Source: Pseudomonadota bacterium
GTDB taxonomy: Bacteria > Pseudomonadota > Gammaproteobacteria > Burkholderiales > Burkholderiaceae_C
Direction of reading: 5' to 3'
DNA: 64,000 nucleotides
Assembly: GCA_021830925.1 (NCBI GenBank)
Contig: JAKBNS010000185.1
Span: 2,975-66,974, forward strand
The notes beneath the pieces are model-generated. The model was not told the DNA's origin. It saw nothing but the letters and a program-made list of their open reading frames with translations, and ran no database searches. A program made the position numbers and the translations under genes. This document shows, one piece after another, positions 28,753-39,320 of this stretch. Each line of letters starts with the position of its first letter. The stretch's first letter is position 1.

Positions 28753-31656
28753 ATGCTCGAGCAACTCAAGCAAGCCGATCTGGGAACCCCGCGACGCGAA
28801 TCGGAGCGCGAGGTGACGCTGGACATCGACGGCGTGCAGGTGAGCGTTCCGCAGGGAACCTCGCTGATGCGCGCAGCCGCCGAGGCCGGGGTGATGGTGC
28901 CCAAGCTGTGCGCCACCGACAGCCTGGAGCCCTTCGGCTCGTGCCGTCTGTGCCTGGTCGAGATCGAGGGCCGCAAGGGCTTCCCGGCCTCGTGCACGAC
29001 GCCGGCCGAGGCCGGCATGAAGGTGCGGACCCAGTCGCCGAAGCTGCAGGAGCTGCGCAAGGGCGTGATGGAGCTGTACATCTCCGACCATCCGCTGGAC
29101 TGCCTGACCTGCTCGGCCAACGGCAATTGCGAGCTGCAGGACATGGCCGGGGTGACGGGCCTGCGCAACGTGCGCTACGGCTACGCGGGCGCGAACCACC
29201 TGGCCGACGCCAAGGACGAGTCCAATCCCTACTTCAGCTACGACCCCGCCAAGTGCATCGTGTGCAATCGCTGCGTGCGAGCCTGCGAGGAGACCCAGGG
29301 GACTTTCGCGCTGACCATCAGCGGGCGCGGCTTCGAGTCGCGCGTGGCTGCCGGCATGAGCGAGTCCTTCATGGATTCCGAATGCGTGAGTTGCGGCGCC
29401 TGCGTGCAGGCCTGCCCGACCGCCACATTGATGGAGAAGTCGGTGATCGAGCTCGGCCAGGCCGAGCACAGCATCAGTACCACCTGCGCCTATTGCGGCG
29501 TCGGCTGCGGCTTCAAGGCCGAGATGAAGGGCACCCAGGTCGTGCGCATGGTGCCGTGGAAGGACGGCGCGGCCAACGAGGGACACAGCTGCGTCAAGGG
29601 CCGCTTCGCCTGGGGCTACGCCACCCACAAGGATCGCATCACCACGCCGATGATCCGCAAGAGCATCGCCGAGCCCTGGCGGGAGGTGAGCTGGGAGGAG
29701 GCTATCGGCTACGCGGCCTCCGAGTTCAAGCGCATCCAGGCCCGGCACGGGCGCGACTCCATCGGCGGCATCGTCTCCTCGCGCTGCACCAACGAGGAGG
29801 ATTACCTGGTGCAAAAACTGGTGCGCGCGGCCTTCGGCAACAACAACGTCGACACCTGCGCGCGGGTGTGCCATTCCCCCACCGGCTACGGGTTGAAGCA
29901 GACCCTGGGCGAATCGGCTGGCACGCAGACCTTCAAGTCGGTGGAGAAGTCCGACGTGATCATGGTCATCGGCGCCAACCCCACCGACGGCCACCCGGTG
30001 TTCGCCTCGCGCATGAAAAAGCGCCTGCGTGCCGGTGCCCATCTGATCGTCGTCGATCCGCGACGCATCGATCTGGTGAAGTCCCCCCACGTGCGCGCGC
30101 AGCACCACCTTCCGTTGCGCCCGGGGACCAACGTGGCGGTGCTCAACGCGCTGGCCCACGTGGTCGTGACCGAGGGCCTGGTCGACGAAGCCTTCGTGGC
30201 CGAGCGCTGCGAGCCCAGGGCCTTCGAGCAGTGGCGCGAATTCGTCGCCCGTCCCGAGCACTCGCCCGAGTCGGTGCAGGCGGTGACCGGCGTTCCCGCG
30301 CAAGCCATGCGCGCCGCGGCGCGCCTGTTCGCCACCGGCAACGTCGAGGGCAAGCTGGGTGCGCGGCGTCCGAACGCGGCGATCTACTACGGCCTGGGCG
30401 TGACCGAGCACGCGCAGGGTTCGACCGCGGTGATGGCCATCGCCAACCTGGCCATGGCCACCGGCAACGTCGGCCGCGAGGGCGTGGGCGTGAATCCGCT
30501 GCGCGGCCAGAACAACGTGCAGGGCTCCTGCGACATGGGTTCCTTCCCGCACGAACTGCCCGGCTACCGGCACGTGTCCGACACGACCGTGCGCTCGCAG
30601 TTCGAGCAGGCCTGGGGCGTGCAGATCCAGCCCGAGCCGGGACTGCGCATCCCCAACATGTTCGACGCCGCGCTGGACGGTTCCTTCAAGGGCCTGTACT
30701 GCCAGGGCGAGGACATCGTGCAGTCGGACCCCGACACCCAGCACGTGGCGGCGGCGCTGGCGGCGATGGAATGCATCGTGGTGCAGGACATCTTCCTCAA
30801 CGAGACCGCGAAGTACGCGCACGTGTTCCTGCCCGGCTCGTCCTTCCTCGAGAAGGACGGCACCTTCACCAACGCCGAGCGCCGCATTTCCCGCGTGCGC
30901 CAGGTCATGCCCCCGCTGGCCGGCTATGCCGACTGGGAGGCCACGCAACTCCTGTCCAACGCGCTGGGCTACCCGATGAATTACCGCCATCCCGGCGAGA
31001 TCATGGACGAGATCGCCGCGCTGACGCCGACCTTCCACGGCGTCAGCTTCGATCTGATCGATCGCCTGGGCAGCGTGCAGTGGCCGTGCAACGAGCAGGC
31101 TCCGCAGGGCACGCCGACGATGCACGTCGGCAGCTTCGTGCGCGGCAAGGGGCGCTTCATCCTGACCGAGTACGTCGCCAGCGACGAGAAGGTCACGCCC
31201 AAGTACCCGCTGCTGCTGACCACCGGGCGCATCCTGTCCCAGTACAACGTGGGCGCGCAGACTCGGCGCACCGAGAACAGCCGCTGGCACGAGGAGGACC
31301 GGCTGGAGATCCACCCGCACGACGCCGAGGACCGCGGCATACGCGATGGCGACTGGGTGGGCATCAGCAGCCGCTCCGGCGAAACCGTGCTGCGCGCGCT
31401 GCTCAGCGAGCGAATGCAGCCTGGCGTGGTCTACACCACCTTCCACTTTCCCGAGTCGGGGGCCAACGTGATCACCACCGACAGCTCCGACTGGGCGACC
31501 AACTGCCCCGAGTACAAGGTGACGGCGGTGCAGGTCATGCCGGTGAGCCAGCCCTCGACCTGGCAGCGCGAGTACACGCGATTCAGCCGCACGCAGGAGC
31601 AGCTGCTGGCCGAGCGTCGCGGAGCCCAGGCGGGCAAGGAAGTGGCGGCGACATGA
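28753..31656 (+). CDS. fdsA: NAD-dependent formate dehydrogenase alpha subunit (Mo-bisPGD)
   Basis: Fe-S motifs LCATD..CRLC, HPLDCLTC, CIVCNRC, CVSCGAC, CAYCGVGC; active site DTCARVCH (Cys); LRGQNNVQG. Confidence 0.95.
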   Translation: MLEQLKQADLGTPRRESEREVTLDIDGVQVSVPQGTSLMRAAAEAGVMVPKLCATDSLEPFGSCRLCLVEIEGRKGFPASCTTPAEAGMKVRTQSPKLQELRKGVMELYISDHPLDCLTCSANGNCELQDMAGVTGLRNVRYGYAGANHLADAKDESNPYFSYDPAKCIVCNRCVRACEETQGTFALTISGRGFESRVAAGMSESFMDSECVSCGACVQACPTATLMEKSVIELGQAEHSISTTCAYCGVGCGFKAEMKGTQVVRMVPWKDGAANEGHSCVKGRFAWGYATHKDRITTPMIRKSIAEPWREVSWEEAIGYAASEFKRIQARHGRDSIGGIVSSRCTNEEDYLVQKLVRAAFGNNNVDTCARVCHSPTGYGLKQTLGESAGTQTFKSVEKSDVIMVIGANPTDGHPVFASRMKKRLRAGAHLIVVDPRRIDLVKSPHVRAQHHLPLRPGTNVAVLNALAHVVVTEGLVDEAFVAERCEPRAFEQWREFVARPEHSPESVQAVTGVPAQAMRAAARLFATGNVEGKLGARRPNAAIYYGLGVTEHAQGSTAVMAIANLAMATGNVGREGVGVNPLRGQNNVQGSCDMGSFPHELPGYRHVSDTTVRSQFEQAWGVQIQPEPGLRIPNMFDAALDGSFKGLYCQGEDIVQSDPDTQHVAAALAAMECIVVQDIFLNETAKYAHVFLPGSSFLEKDGTFTNAERRISRVRQVMPPLAGYADWEATQLLSNALGYPMNYRHPGEIMDEIAALTPTFHGVSFDLIDRLGSVQWPCNEQAPQGTPTMHVGSFVRGKGRFILTEYVASDEKVTPKYPLLLTTGRILSQYNVGAQTRRTENSRWHEEDRLEIHPHDAEDRGIRDGDWVGISSRSGETVLRALLSERMQPGVVYTTFHFPESGANVITTDSSDWATNCPEYKVTAVQVMPVSQPSTWQREYTRFSRTQEQLLAERRGAQAGKEVAAT

Positions 31657-31705
31657 CCTCGATGGCGGCGATTGTCCCGGGGCGCCTTGCTCGAGGGGAG
31701 CCGAG

Positions 31706-32611
31706 ATGAGCGCCGGCAGTCCACGGGCGCGCGGGCACGGCGACGACTCGCGCGGCCCCGCCGCCGCGATCTGCGAGGGCGCGCGCAGCCTCGACGTGCT
31801 GCGCTGGCGCGGCGGGCACGCGCAGCGCGTCGACGACTGGCTGTCCGAGGAGGTCGCGGTGGCCCTGCAGTACAACGGCGTGTCGCACGCCGTGATGCTG
31901 GCCACGCCGCTGGACCTGGAGGATTTCGCGCTGGGCTTCAGCCTGGGCGAGGGCATCGTCGAGCGGTCGGCCGAGGTCTACGACTGCGAGATCGTGCGCG
32001 AGCCGCGCGGGCTTACCCTGCAGATCGAGGTGGCCGCGCGCTGCTTCGAACGCCTGCGCGAGCGGCGTCGCAGCCTGACCGGCCGCACCGGCTGCGGGCT
32101 GTGCGGGACCGACAGTCTGGAGCAGGCGCTGCGTCCGCTGCGCCCCTTGCCGGCGCGGCCGGAACTGCCTATCGGATCGTCCGCCGTGGCGCGCGCCTTG
32201 GGGTCGCTGCGCGAGCACCAGCGCCTGAACGCGGCAACGGGTGCCGTGCACGCGGCCGGCTGGTGCGATGCGCGGGGGCGGCTGCTGCTGGTGCGCGAGG
32301 ACGTCGGGCGTCACAATGCGCTGGACAAGCTCATCGGCGCCATGGCACGCTGCGACACCGACGCCGCGAGCGGTTTCGCCGTCATCACCAGCCGTGCCAG
32401 TGTGGAAATGGTGCAGAAGGCCGCCCAGGCCGGCATGCCGATGCTGGTGGCGGTGTCGGCTCCCACGGCGCTTGCGGTGCGAAGCGCGCGCGAGGTGGAC
32501 ATGTGCCTGGTGGGCCTCGCGCGCGGCGATGATCTCGTGGTCTACAGCGGCGCGCAACGCATCGCGCTCGAACCCTCTCCCGATTTCTCGACCAGCCTGC
32601 TCACCACATGA
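31706..32611 (+). CDS. fdsC: FdhD/FdsC sulfurtransferase
   Basis: MLATPLDLEDFALGF, CGLCG, TGAVHAA, REDVGRHNALDKLIG, TSRASVEMVQK. Confidence 0.92.
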   Translation: MSAGSPRARGHGDDSRGPAAAICEGARSLDVLRWRGGHAQRVDDWLSEEVAVALQYNGVSHAVMLATPLDLEDFALGFSLGEGIVERSAEVYDCEIVREPRGLTLQIEVAARCFERLRERRRSLTGRTGCGLCGTDSLEQALRPLRPLPARPELPIGSSAVARALGSLREHQRLNAATGAVHAAGWCDARGRLLLVREDVGRHNALDKLIGAMARCDTDAASGFAVITSRASVEMVQKAAQAGMPMLVAVSAPTALAVRSAREVDMCLVGLARGDDLVVYSGAQRIALEPSPDFSTSLLTT

Positions 32612-32832
32612 AGACCGAACACCTGATCTCCATGGTCAATCGCATCGGGCAGTTCTTCCAGGCGATGCCGGACCACGACGAAGCGCTCGAAGGCATTGCC
32701 CTGCACGTCAAGCGATTCTGGGAGCCGCGCATGCGGCGCGAACTGCTGGACTACCTCGACAAGCAAGGCGGCAAGGACATCTCGCCGGTGGTGCTGGAAG
32801 CCCTGCGCCAGCACCGTCAGCTGCTGGCTTGA
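32608..32832 (+). CDS. fdsD: Formate dehydrogenase delta subunit
   Basis: LISMVNRIGQFF...HVKRFWEPRMR; overlaps fdsC stop. Confidence 0.9.
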   Translation: MKTEHLISMVNRIGQFFQAMPDHDEALEGIALHVKRFWEPRMRRELLDYLDKQGGKDISPVVLEALRQHRQLLA

Positions 32833-32878
32833 CGCCGCCGGCTTGCCGCGGCCGCCGCGAGGCGGGGCGTCGGCGCTC

Positions 32879-33514
32879 TCAGTACGAGCCGAGCATGCGC
32901 GCGGCCAGTTCGCGCGCATCGTCGCCGTCCCCTTGCAGGGCGTGTGCCAACGCGATGCGGGCCGGCTCCGGATGGTTCTGGCTGAGCTTGAACTTGGCCG
33001 TGACCCGCAGCACCTCGATGTCGATGCCCACCACGCCGGCCAGCATGGCCCGCACGTAGTCCTCCGGCGCGTCCGACACCGCCCACGGGCGTTCGCGCCC
33101 GGCCTCGTGCGTGTCGGTCAACTCGCCGACCAGCTCGCGCAGCCAGACCGGGTCGTCGACCGCGCGCAGGCGTCCGGACACCTGCACGACCAGGTAGTTC
33201 CAGGTCGGCACCACCTTGCCGTCGACCGCCTTGCGCGGGTGCGCGGCGGGGCTGACGTAGGCCTGGGCGCCGTGGAACAGCGCCAGCACCTCGCATCCGC
33301 CGGCGCCCGCGCGGCGCCACAGGGGATTGCCGCGCGCCACGTGCCCGCGCAGGCGCCGCACGGCGCCCTGCGCGTCGCCGTCGGCCAGCAACACCACCGG
33401 ATTGGCGTCCAGCCCCTCGGCCTCGTGCGTGACCAGCGTGGCCAGCGGGCGCGCGCGCAGCAGGCGCAGGACCTCGACGGGATCGTCGACGGCGAAATGG
33501 CTGGGCAGATACAT
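32879..33514 (-). CDS. PaiB-like FMN-binding negative transcriptional regulator
   Basis: MYLPSHF, GHVARGNP, AYVSP..., VPTWNY, KFKLSQN. Confidence 0.88.
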   Translation of the reverse strand: MYLPSHFAVDDPVEVLRLLRARPLATLVTHEAEGLDANPVVLLADGDAQGAVRRLRGHVARGNPLWRRAGAGGCEVLALFHGAQAYVSPAAHPRKAVDGKVVPTWNYLVVQVSGRLRAVDDPVWLRELVGELTDTHEAGRERPWAVSDAPEDYVRAMLAGVVGIDIEVLRVTAKFKLSQNHPEPARIALAHALQGDGDDARELAARMLGSY

Positions 33515-33680
33515 GGCGGGGACTCCGGACGGCGCTACACCCGTGGGCGGATCGTCGGGGGACGATCCTGGAATTGTGCCTGCGCAAACCCGACTGGGCA
33601 CAGGGTGTTTTGGCCATGAAGCCATAATGCCGTTTGCCCGGATCGTGTTCGTACTGGCGACCGGCTGGGCCCGTGAACCC

Positions 33681-35489
33681 ATGCCGATCCAAGTCCCACG
33701 CCACCTTCGTCTCGTGCCGCGCGTCGCCGCATCGCTGCTTGCCGTCGCACTGGTGCAGCCGGCGCTTGCGCATGCCGAGCCGATCGCGCCGCCGGTGCGC
33801 GCCCATGCGGCCGCGCGCGCGGGGGACTACGTGGTCGACATCGAGGCGCCGAAGGACCTGCGCGAGGTGCTGCGGCGCGGGCTGGACGTGGAGCGCTGGA
33901 AGGGCTTCGCCGACCTGCGCGAGGAACAGTTGCGTTCGCTGGTCGAGGGCGTGCCCGCGCAGGCGCGAAGCGTGCTCGAGGCGCTGGGGTATTTCTCGCC
34001 GCGCGTGGAGGTCAGCCTGGACACCACGCAGCGCCCCCAACGCGTGGTGCTGCGCGTCGATCCGGGGGAGCCCAGCCGCGTGGTGGCGGTGCGGCTGCGC
34101 GTGCTCGGACCCGACGGGCACCCCGTGCCCTCTCTGCAGGCGCGGCTGCTGCACGACTGGAGCCTGGGCCAGGGCAGCGTGTTCGACAGCGGCAGCTGGC
34201 AGGCCGCCAAGCGCAACGCCCTGCTGCGCCTGAGCACGCGGCGCTACGCGGCGGCGCACATCGTCGGCAGTCGCGCGCTGGTGGATCCGACGAGGCACGC
34301 GGTGCGCCTGTCGGTGGATTTCGAGACCGGGCCGGACTACCGCTTCGGCCCGCTGAGCGTGCGGGGCCTGCAGCGCTATCCCGAGTCCGTGGTGCGCAAC
34401 CTGGCCCCGTGGTCGCAGGGCGACCCCTATTCCCAGGAACAGTTGCTGGATCTGCAGGCGAACCTGCAGAACAGCCGCTATTTCCGCAGTGCCACCGTGG
34501 GCGCGCCGCTTTCCGGGGCGCACGGCGACGTGCTGCCGGTGGACGTGAACGTCGCGGAGCAGCGCGCACAGCGCCTGGGATTCGGGCTGGGCTACAGCAG
34601 CAATACCCGCGCGCGCACCCAGGTCGACTACGGCAACCTGAACCTGTTCGGCAGTGCCTTGCGCCTGAACAGCTCGGTCAAGGTGGAGACCCTGCAGCAA
34701 AGCCTGGAGGCGCAGCTGCGGTTCCCGCGCCGCCGCGACGGCGCGAGCTACGGCATCGATGCCCAGGTGCTGCATTCGGACATCCAGGGGCTGACCACGC
34801 GCAGCCAGAGCCTCGGATTGCAGCGCCGTCGCACCGACGGCCCGATCGAGACCGTGCAGTCGCTGAAGTTCATCAACGAGCAGGAGCAACTCACCGGCGG
34901 CCCGGTCTCGTCCAACATGGCGCTGATGCCCGGCTACACCTGGACTCGCAGGCGTCTGGACAGTTCGCTGGATCCGACCCGGGGCAACCTGCTGAGCGCG
35001 CAGATCAGCGGTGGCACGCGGGCGCTGCTGTCCCAGCAGAACTTCGTCCGCCTGTACGTGCACGCGCTGCAATTCGTGCCCCTGGGGCCGAAGAACCAGT
35101 TGATCCTGCGCGGTGAACTGGGGCAGGTGCTCAGCCCGTCGGCGAACGGCATTCCGCAGCAGGAGCTGTTTCGCGCGGGCGGTATCGGCTCGGTGCGCGG
35201 CTACCCCTACCAGAGCCTGGGCGTGATGGAGGACGGTGCGGTGGTGGGCGGCCGCGCGCTGTTCACCGCGGGGATCGACGCCGTGCACTGGGTGCTGCCG
35301 CGCTGGGGCGCCGCGCTGTTCGTCGATGCGGGGAATGCGGCGGACAGCTTCCGCGGCCTGCATCCGGTGCTGGGGTACGGTGTCGGCGTGCGTTGGCGCA
35401 GCCCGGTGGGTCTGGTCAGCATCAATCTGGCGCATGGGCGGGCCATCGCCTCGACGCGCATCGAGTTCAACGCCGGCGTGAGTTTCTGA
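33681..35489 (+). CDS. tamA: Translocation and assembly module TamA (POTRA domains plus Omp85 barrel)
   Basis: EALGYFSP, GPDYRFG, FRAGGIGSVRGY, GYGVGVRWRSPVG, terminal Phe. Start uncertain. Confidence 0.85.
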   Translation: MPIQVPRHLRLVPRVAASLLAVALVQPALAHAEPIAPPVRAHAAARAGDYVVDIEAPKDLREVLRRGLDVERWKGFADLREEQLRSLVEGVPAQARSVLEALGYFSPRVEVSLDTTQRPQRVVLRVDPGEPSRVVAVRLRVLGPDGHPVPSLQARLLHDWSLGQGSVFDSGSWQAAKRNALLRLSTRRYAAAHIVGSRALVDPTRHAVRLSVDFETGPDYRFGPLSVRGLQRYPESVVRNLAPWSQGDPYSQEQLLDLQANLQNSRYFRSATVGAPLSGAHGDVLPVDVNVAEQRAQRLGFGLGYSSNTRARTQVDYGNLNLFGSALRLNSSVKVETLQQSLEAQLRFPRRRDGASYGIDAQVLHSDIQGLTTRSQSLGLQRRRTDGPIETVQSLKFINEQEQLTGGPVSSNMALMPGYTWTRRRLDSSLDPTRGNLLSAQISGGTRALLSQQNFVRLYVHALQFVPLGPKNQLILRGELGQVLSPSANGIPQQELFRAGGIGSVRGYPYQSLGVMEDGAVVGGRALFTAGIDAVHWVLPRWGAALFVDAGNAADSFRGLHPVLGYGVGVRWRSPVGLVSINLAHGRAIASTRIEFNAGVSF

Positions 35490-38400
35490 TGTCCGAGCCC
35501 GGCGCTTCTCCCCCGTCCGATCGACCCGCGCGGCGCCGCGTGCGGCGCGCGTGGCTGCTCGCCGCCTGCTGCGTCGTCGCTTCGCTGGCCCTGCTGGTCG
35601 GCGCACTGGCCTGGCTCGGAAGTCCCGGCGGCGTGCGCTGGATCGCCGCGCGAGCGGGGGTGAGCATGCAGGGCGTGCAGGGCAATGCGTGGAGTTCCCT
35701 GCGCGTGTCGCAGCTGCGCTGGGACAGCGGCGCCACCCGCGTGGATGCGCGCGACGTCGTGCTGCGCTGGCTCCCGCGCGAGTTGCTGAGTCTGCGCCCC
35801 GACCTGCACCTGCTCGAGCTGTCGGCGGCGCAGCTGGACCTGCAATCGGCGGCGGCTTCGGGTGCGGCCGCGGGCGCGCCGGCGCGCCCGCCTGCGGATC
35901 TGGCGCCGCCACTGGCGCTGCGCGTGGATCGGTTGCGCGTGGACCGCCTGCGCTGGCGCCGGCAGGGACAGGTTCGATGGCTGGACCTCGGCTCGCTGCA
36001 AGGACGCCTGGGCGTCGACGCCCAGGCGTGGCAGGCCTCCGCCGCATGGCGCGGCCCATGGGGCAGCGCGCGCATGCAAGGGCACATGGCCGCGCGGGCC
36101 CCGTTCGCGCTGGGCGCCTCGCTGCAGGCGGAGCTCTCGCTGCGCCAGCAGCAGCTGCAACTCGACTCCCGGGTCGGCGGAACCCTTCGGCTCCCGCGCG
36201 TGGACGCGACGCTGCGCGCCGCGCAGGCGCGCGCGGTGCTGCAGGCGCAATTGCGCCCCTTCGAGCCGGTCTGGCTGGGCCCCGCCACGCTCGACGTGCG
36301 GGGGCTGGATCCGCGGCGCATCGACGCCGCCTTGCCGCAGGCCGAACTCGAGCTGCACGCGGCTGTGCAAGGCGTGGCACGCGACGGGCTCAGCGGCGAG
36401 GTGCGGCTGCGCAATGCGCAGCCGGGAACCATCGACGCGGGGCGCCTGCCGCTGGTGGAACTGCGCTCCCCGCTGACCTTGCAGGCCGGCGTGCTGCGCG
36501 CCCCTCGGCTGCAGCTGGCGCTGGCCGGAGGCGCCAGCCTGGACGGCAGCGTGGACTGGCCGCTGCACGGCAGTGCCGACGTGGACCTGCGGGCGCGGGC
36601 GCTGGACCTGCATGCGCTGTACGCTCGCATGCTGGCCACGCGCTTGCAGGGCCGTCTGCAAGGCACGCTGGACGCGCGGGCACAGAGCGTCTCGGCGAGC
36701 TTGAGCCAGCCGGGCTGGCAGGCGCGATTGCAGGCGCGGCACGAGGGGCAGCGCATCGAGATCCGGCAGGCGCTGCTGCGGGCGCAAGGCGCCGAGCTGA
36801 GTCTGTCGGGGCATCTGGACCAGGCGGCGGGCGAGGCCTTCGCGCTGCGGGCCGAGTTGCGCGATTTCGATCCCCGGCGCTTCGGCGACTGGCCGCGCGC
36901 GCGCCTGAACCTGCACCTGCTGGCGCAAGGGGAGCTTGCCGTCCCGCGCGCCAGCGTGAACCTGCAGGTGCGGCCGAGCACGTGGCGCGGGCAGGTCCTG
37001 GAAGGGCGCGCCAGCGGCGAGCTGAGCTCGCGCAGCGTGCGCGAGCTGCAGGCGCGGCTGCGCCTGGGGGCCAACCAGCTTCAGGCACACGGCAGTTTCG
37101 GCGCGCCCGGCGATACCTTGAGTCTGGACCTGCGGGCTCCCGCGCTGGCCCAGTTCGGCGAGGGTTGGAACGGCAGTGCGCAGGCCCATGCGAGCCTGCA
37201 CGGCGGACTGGCCGCGCCGAGCGGAAGTCTGAGCCTGCAGGCTCGCGACCTGCTCGGTCCGGACAAGCTGCGCGTGGCTCGCCTGGACGTCGATGCGCGA
37301 CTCGAAGGCGGGCTTCAAGGCCCGCTGAGCGTGCAGGCCAGCGGCCGTGACCTGCGTCTGGCCGGGCAGTCGGTGCGCGAACTTGCGCTGAGCGTGCACG
37401 GCACGCTGCGCTCGCACGCACTGAGCCTGCGGCTCGACGCGCCGCCGCGCCTGCGCCTGAGCGCGAGCGCGCACGGCTCCTGGCAGGGCGCGACGGGATG
37501 GACGGGAAGCATCGACAGCCTGGACAACGCCGGTTCGCTGCCGCTGCGCCTGCTGGCGCCGGCGGCGCTGCGCGTGGGCAGCGACGGCTCCTTCGCGTTG
37601 CAACATGCGGTGCTGAGCAGCCCGGGTGGCCGTATCGACCTGCAGAGTCTGCGGCGCGATGGGCAGGACTGGTCCAGCCGCGGCGACGCCAGCGGGCTCG
37701 ATCCCATGTACTGGGCGCGCCTGTCCGGGGCCGATCTGCACGGGCTGCGCTCGGATCTGCGCCTGCGCGCGGCCTGGGAGCTGCGCGGCAGCCCCGAGAT
37801 GAGCCTGCATCTGAGCCTCGAGCGCAGCGCCGGAGATCTCGTGCTGCCGGCCGGGGGCGGGCTGCCGCTGGGCATGTCGCGCCTGGCGTTGCGCGTGGAC
37901 GCGAGTCCGGCCGGCCTGAGCGCGGCGCTCGACGCCGCCGGCAGCCGGCTGGGCAGCCTGCAGGCTCGCGCCGATGTGCCCCTGCGGCATTCGGCGCGAG
38001 GCTGGAGCGTGGACCCGCGGGCGCCCCTCGTCGGCCAGGCGAGGCTGGACATGCCCGACCTGTCCTGGCTGACCGGCTGGCTGCCGCAGGGCGCGCGGGC
38101 GGGCGGGGCGCTGCGCGGCGAACTGCGGGCCGCGGGCAGTCTGGCCGCGCCACAGCTGCAGGGGAGCCTGTCGGGGAGCTCGCTGGCGCTCGCCTTGCCC
38201 GAGGTCGGACTGGACCTGCGCGACGGCAGCCTCGATGCGCTGTTCGACGGCGACCGCCTGCGCCTGCGCTCCCTGCTGGTGCACGACGCCTCGGGGCGAG
38301 GTACCCTGCAGGCCAGCGGCAGCATGGGCCTGGCCGACGGCCTGCCCACCGGAACCATCGACCTGAAGCTGGACAAGCTGCAGGCGCTGGACCGCCCGGG

Positions 38401-39292
38401 GCGCCAGGTGCAGCTCAGCGGCAACGGCACGCTGCGCGCGCTCCACGGGCAGGTCTCCATGAACGGCGCGGTGCGCGTCGACAAGGCCGACATCGAACTG
38501 GCCAGCGCCGACACTCCCCGGCTGGCTCCCGACGTGGTGGTGCAGGGGCGTCCGACGCCCCCGCCGGCCGGCGCCGGCATGCCGGTGAGCGCGAGCCTGA
38601 GCCTCGACCTGGGCAGCGACTTCCATCTCGGCGGCTACGGCGTGGACGCGCGCCTGGGAGGCTCGGTGCTGCTGCGTGCCGTACCCGGACAGGTGCTGAG
38701 CGCCGAGGGCAGCGTGGCGGTGCGCAGCGGCAATTACTCGGCCTACGGCCAGCAGTTGAGCCTGGTCAAGGGCAGCAGCGTGAATTTCTCCGGCCCGGTG
38801 GACAACCCGGGACTGAACCTGGCCGCGCAGCGCGAGAACCTGCCGGTGCAGGTGGGCGTGCAGGTCACCGGCACGTTGCGTGCGCCGCAGGTGACCCTGA
38901 ACTCGGATCCGCCGATGTCCGACGGCGCCATCCTGTCCTGGCTGATCCTCGGCCAGGACCCGAGCACCGTGGGCAGCGACCAGAGCGCCTTGTTGCAGAC
39001 GGCCGCCGCCGCGCTGCTGTCCAGCGGGCAGGGGGTGCCCTTGACCAGCCGCGTGGCCGGAGCCCTCGGGCTGGACCAGCTCACGCTCAGCGGCCAGGGA
39101 GCCTTGCAGAACAGCGTGGTCACGGTGGGCAAGAAACTGAGCTCGCGCCTGTCGGTCAGCGTCGAGCAGGGGCTGGCCGCCGCTTCCAGCCTGTTCAACG
39201 TGCGCTACACCTTCACCCGGCGTCTGTCGCTGCGCCTGCAGTCGGGGACGGACAACGCCGTCGACCTGTTCTACACCTTCCACTTCGATTGA
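35489..39292 (+). CDS. tamB: Translocation and assembly module TamB
   Basis: N-terminal TM anchor, long repetitive beta-taco region, C-terminal DUF490 (FSGPVDNPGLN, ILSWLILG, VGKKLSSRL, DLFYTFHFD); overlaps tamA stop. Confidence 0.85.
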   Translation: MSEPGASPPSDRPARRRVRRAWLLAACCVVASLALLVGALAWLGSPGGVRWIAARAGVSMQGVQGNAWSSLRVSQLRWDSGATRVDARDVVLRWLPRELLSLRPDLHLLELSAAQLDLQSAAASGAAAGAPARPPADLAPPLALRVDRLRVDRLRWRRQGQVRWLDLGSLQGRLGVDAQAWQASAAWRGPWGSARMQGHMAARAPFALGASLQAELSLRQQQLQLDSRVGGTLRLPRVDATLRAAQARAVLQAQLRPFEPVWLGPATLDVRGLDPRRIDAALPQAELELHAAVQGVARDGLSGEVRLRNAQPGTIDAGRLPLVELRSPLTLQAGVLRAPRLQLALAGGASLDGSVDWPLHGSADVDLRARALDLHALYARMLATRLQGRLQGTLDARAQSVSASLSQPGWQARLQARHEGQRIEIRQALLRAQGAELSLSGHLDQAAGEAFALRAELRDFDPRRFGDWPRARLNLHLLAQGELAVPRASVNLQVRPSTWRGQVLEGRASGELSSRSVRELQARLRLGANQLQAHGSFGAPGDTLSLDLRAPALAQFGEGWNGSAQAHASLHGGLAAPSGSLSLQARDLLGPDKLRVARLDVDARLEGGLQGPLSVQASGRDLRLAGQSVRELALSVHGTLRSHALSLRLDAPPRLRLSASAHGSWQGATGWTGSIDSLDNAGSLPLRLLAPAALRVGSDGSFALQHAVLSSPGGRIDLQSLRRDGQDWSSRGDASGLDPMYWARLSGADLHGLRSDLRLRAAWELRGSPEMSLHLSLERSAGDLVLPAGGGLPLGMSRLALRVDASPAGLSAALDAAGSRLGSLQARADVPLRHSARGWSVDPRAPLVGQARLDMPDLSWLTGWLPQGARAGGALRGELRAAGSLAAPQLQGSLSGSSLALALPEVGLDLRDGSLDALFDGDRLRLRSLLVHDASGRGTLQASGSMGLADGLPTGTIDLKLDKLQALDRPGRQVQLSGNGTLRALHGQVSMNGAVRVDKADIELASADTPRLAPDVVVQGRPTPPPAGAGMPVSASLSLDLGSDFHLGGYGVDARLGGSVLLRAVPGQVLSAEGSVAVRSGNYSAYGQQLSLVKGSSVNFSGPVDNPGLNLAAQRENLPVQVGVQVTGTLRAPQVTLNSDPPMSDGAILSWLILGQDPSTVGSDQSALLQTAAAALLSSGQGVPLTSRVAGALGLDQLTLSGQGALQNSVVTVGKKLSSRLSVSVEQGLAAASSLFNVRYTFTRRLSLRLQSGTDNAVDLFYTFHFD

Positions 39293-39320
39293 TGGGGTGG
39301 AGAACCCCCACGCTCGCCCG

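Noticed and set aside
29840-29880. Possible selenocysteine in FdsA
   Set aside because: The active-site codon is TGC (Cys) in an uninterrupted frame
28729-39283. Very long opposite-strand ORFs (28729..31956, 32817..36380, 35207..39283) and many similar Arg/Ala/Pro-rich ORFs across the window
   Set aside because: They shadow well-supported genes, have no motifs or RBS, and are expected from stop-codon scarcity in high-GC DNA
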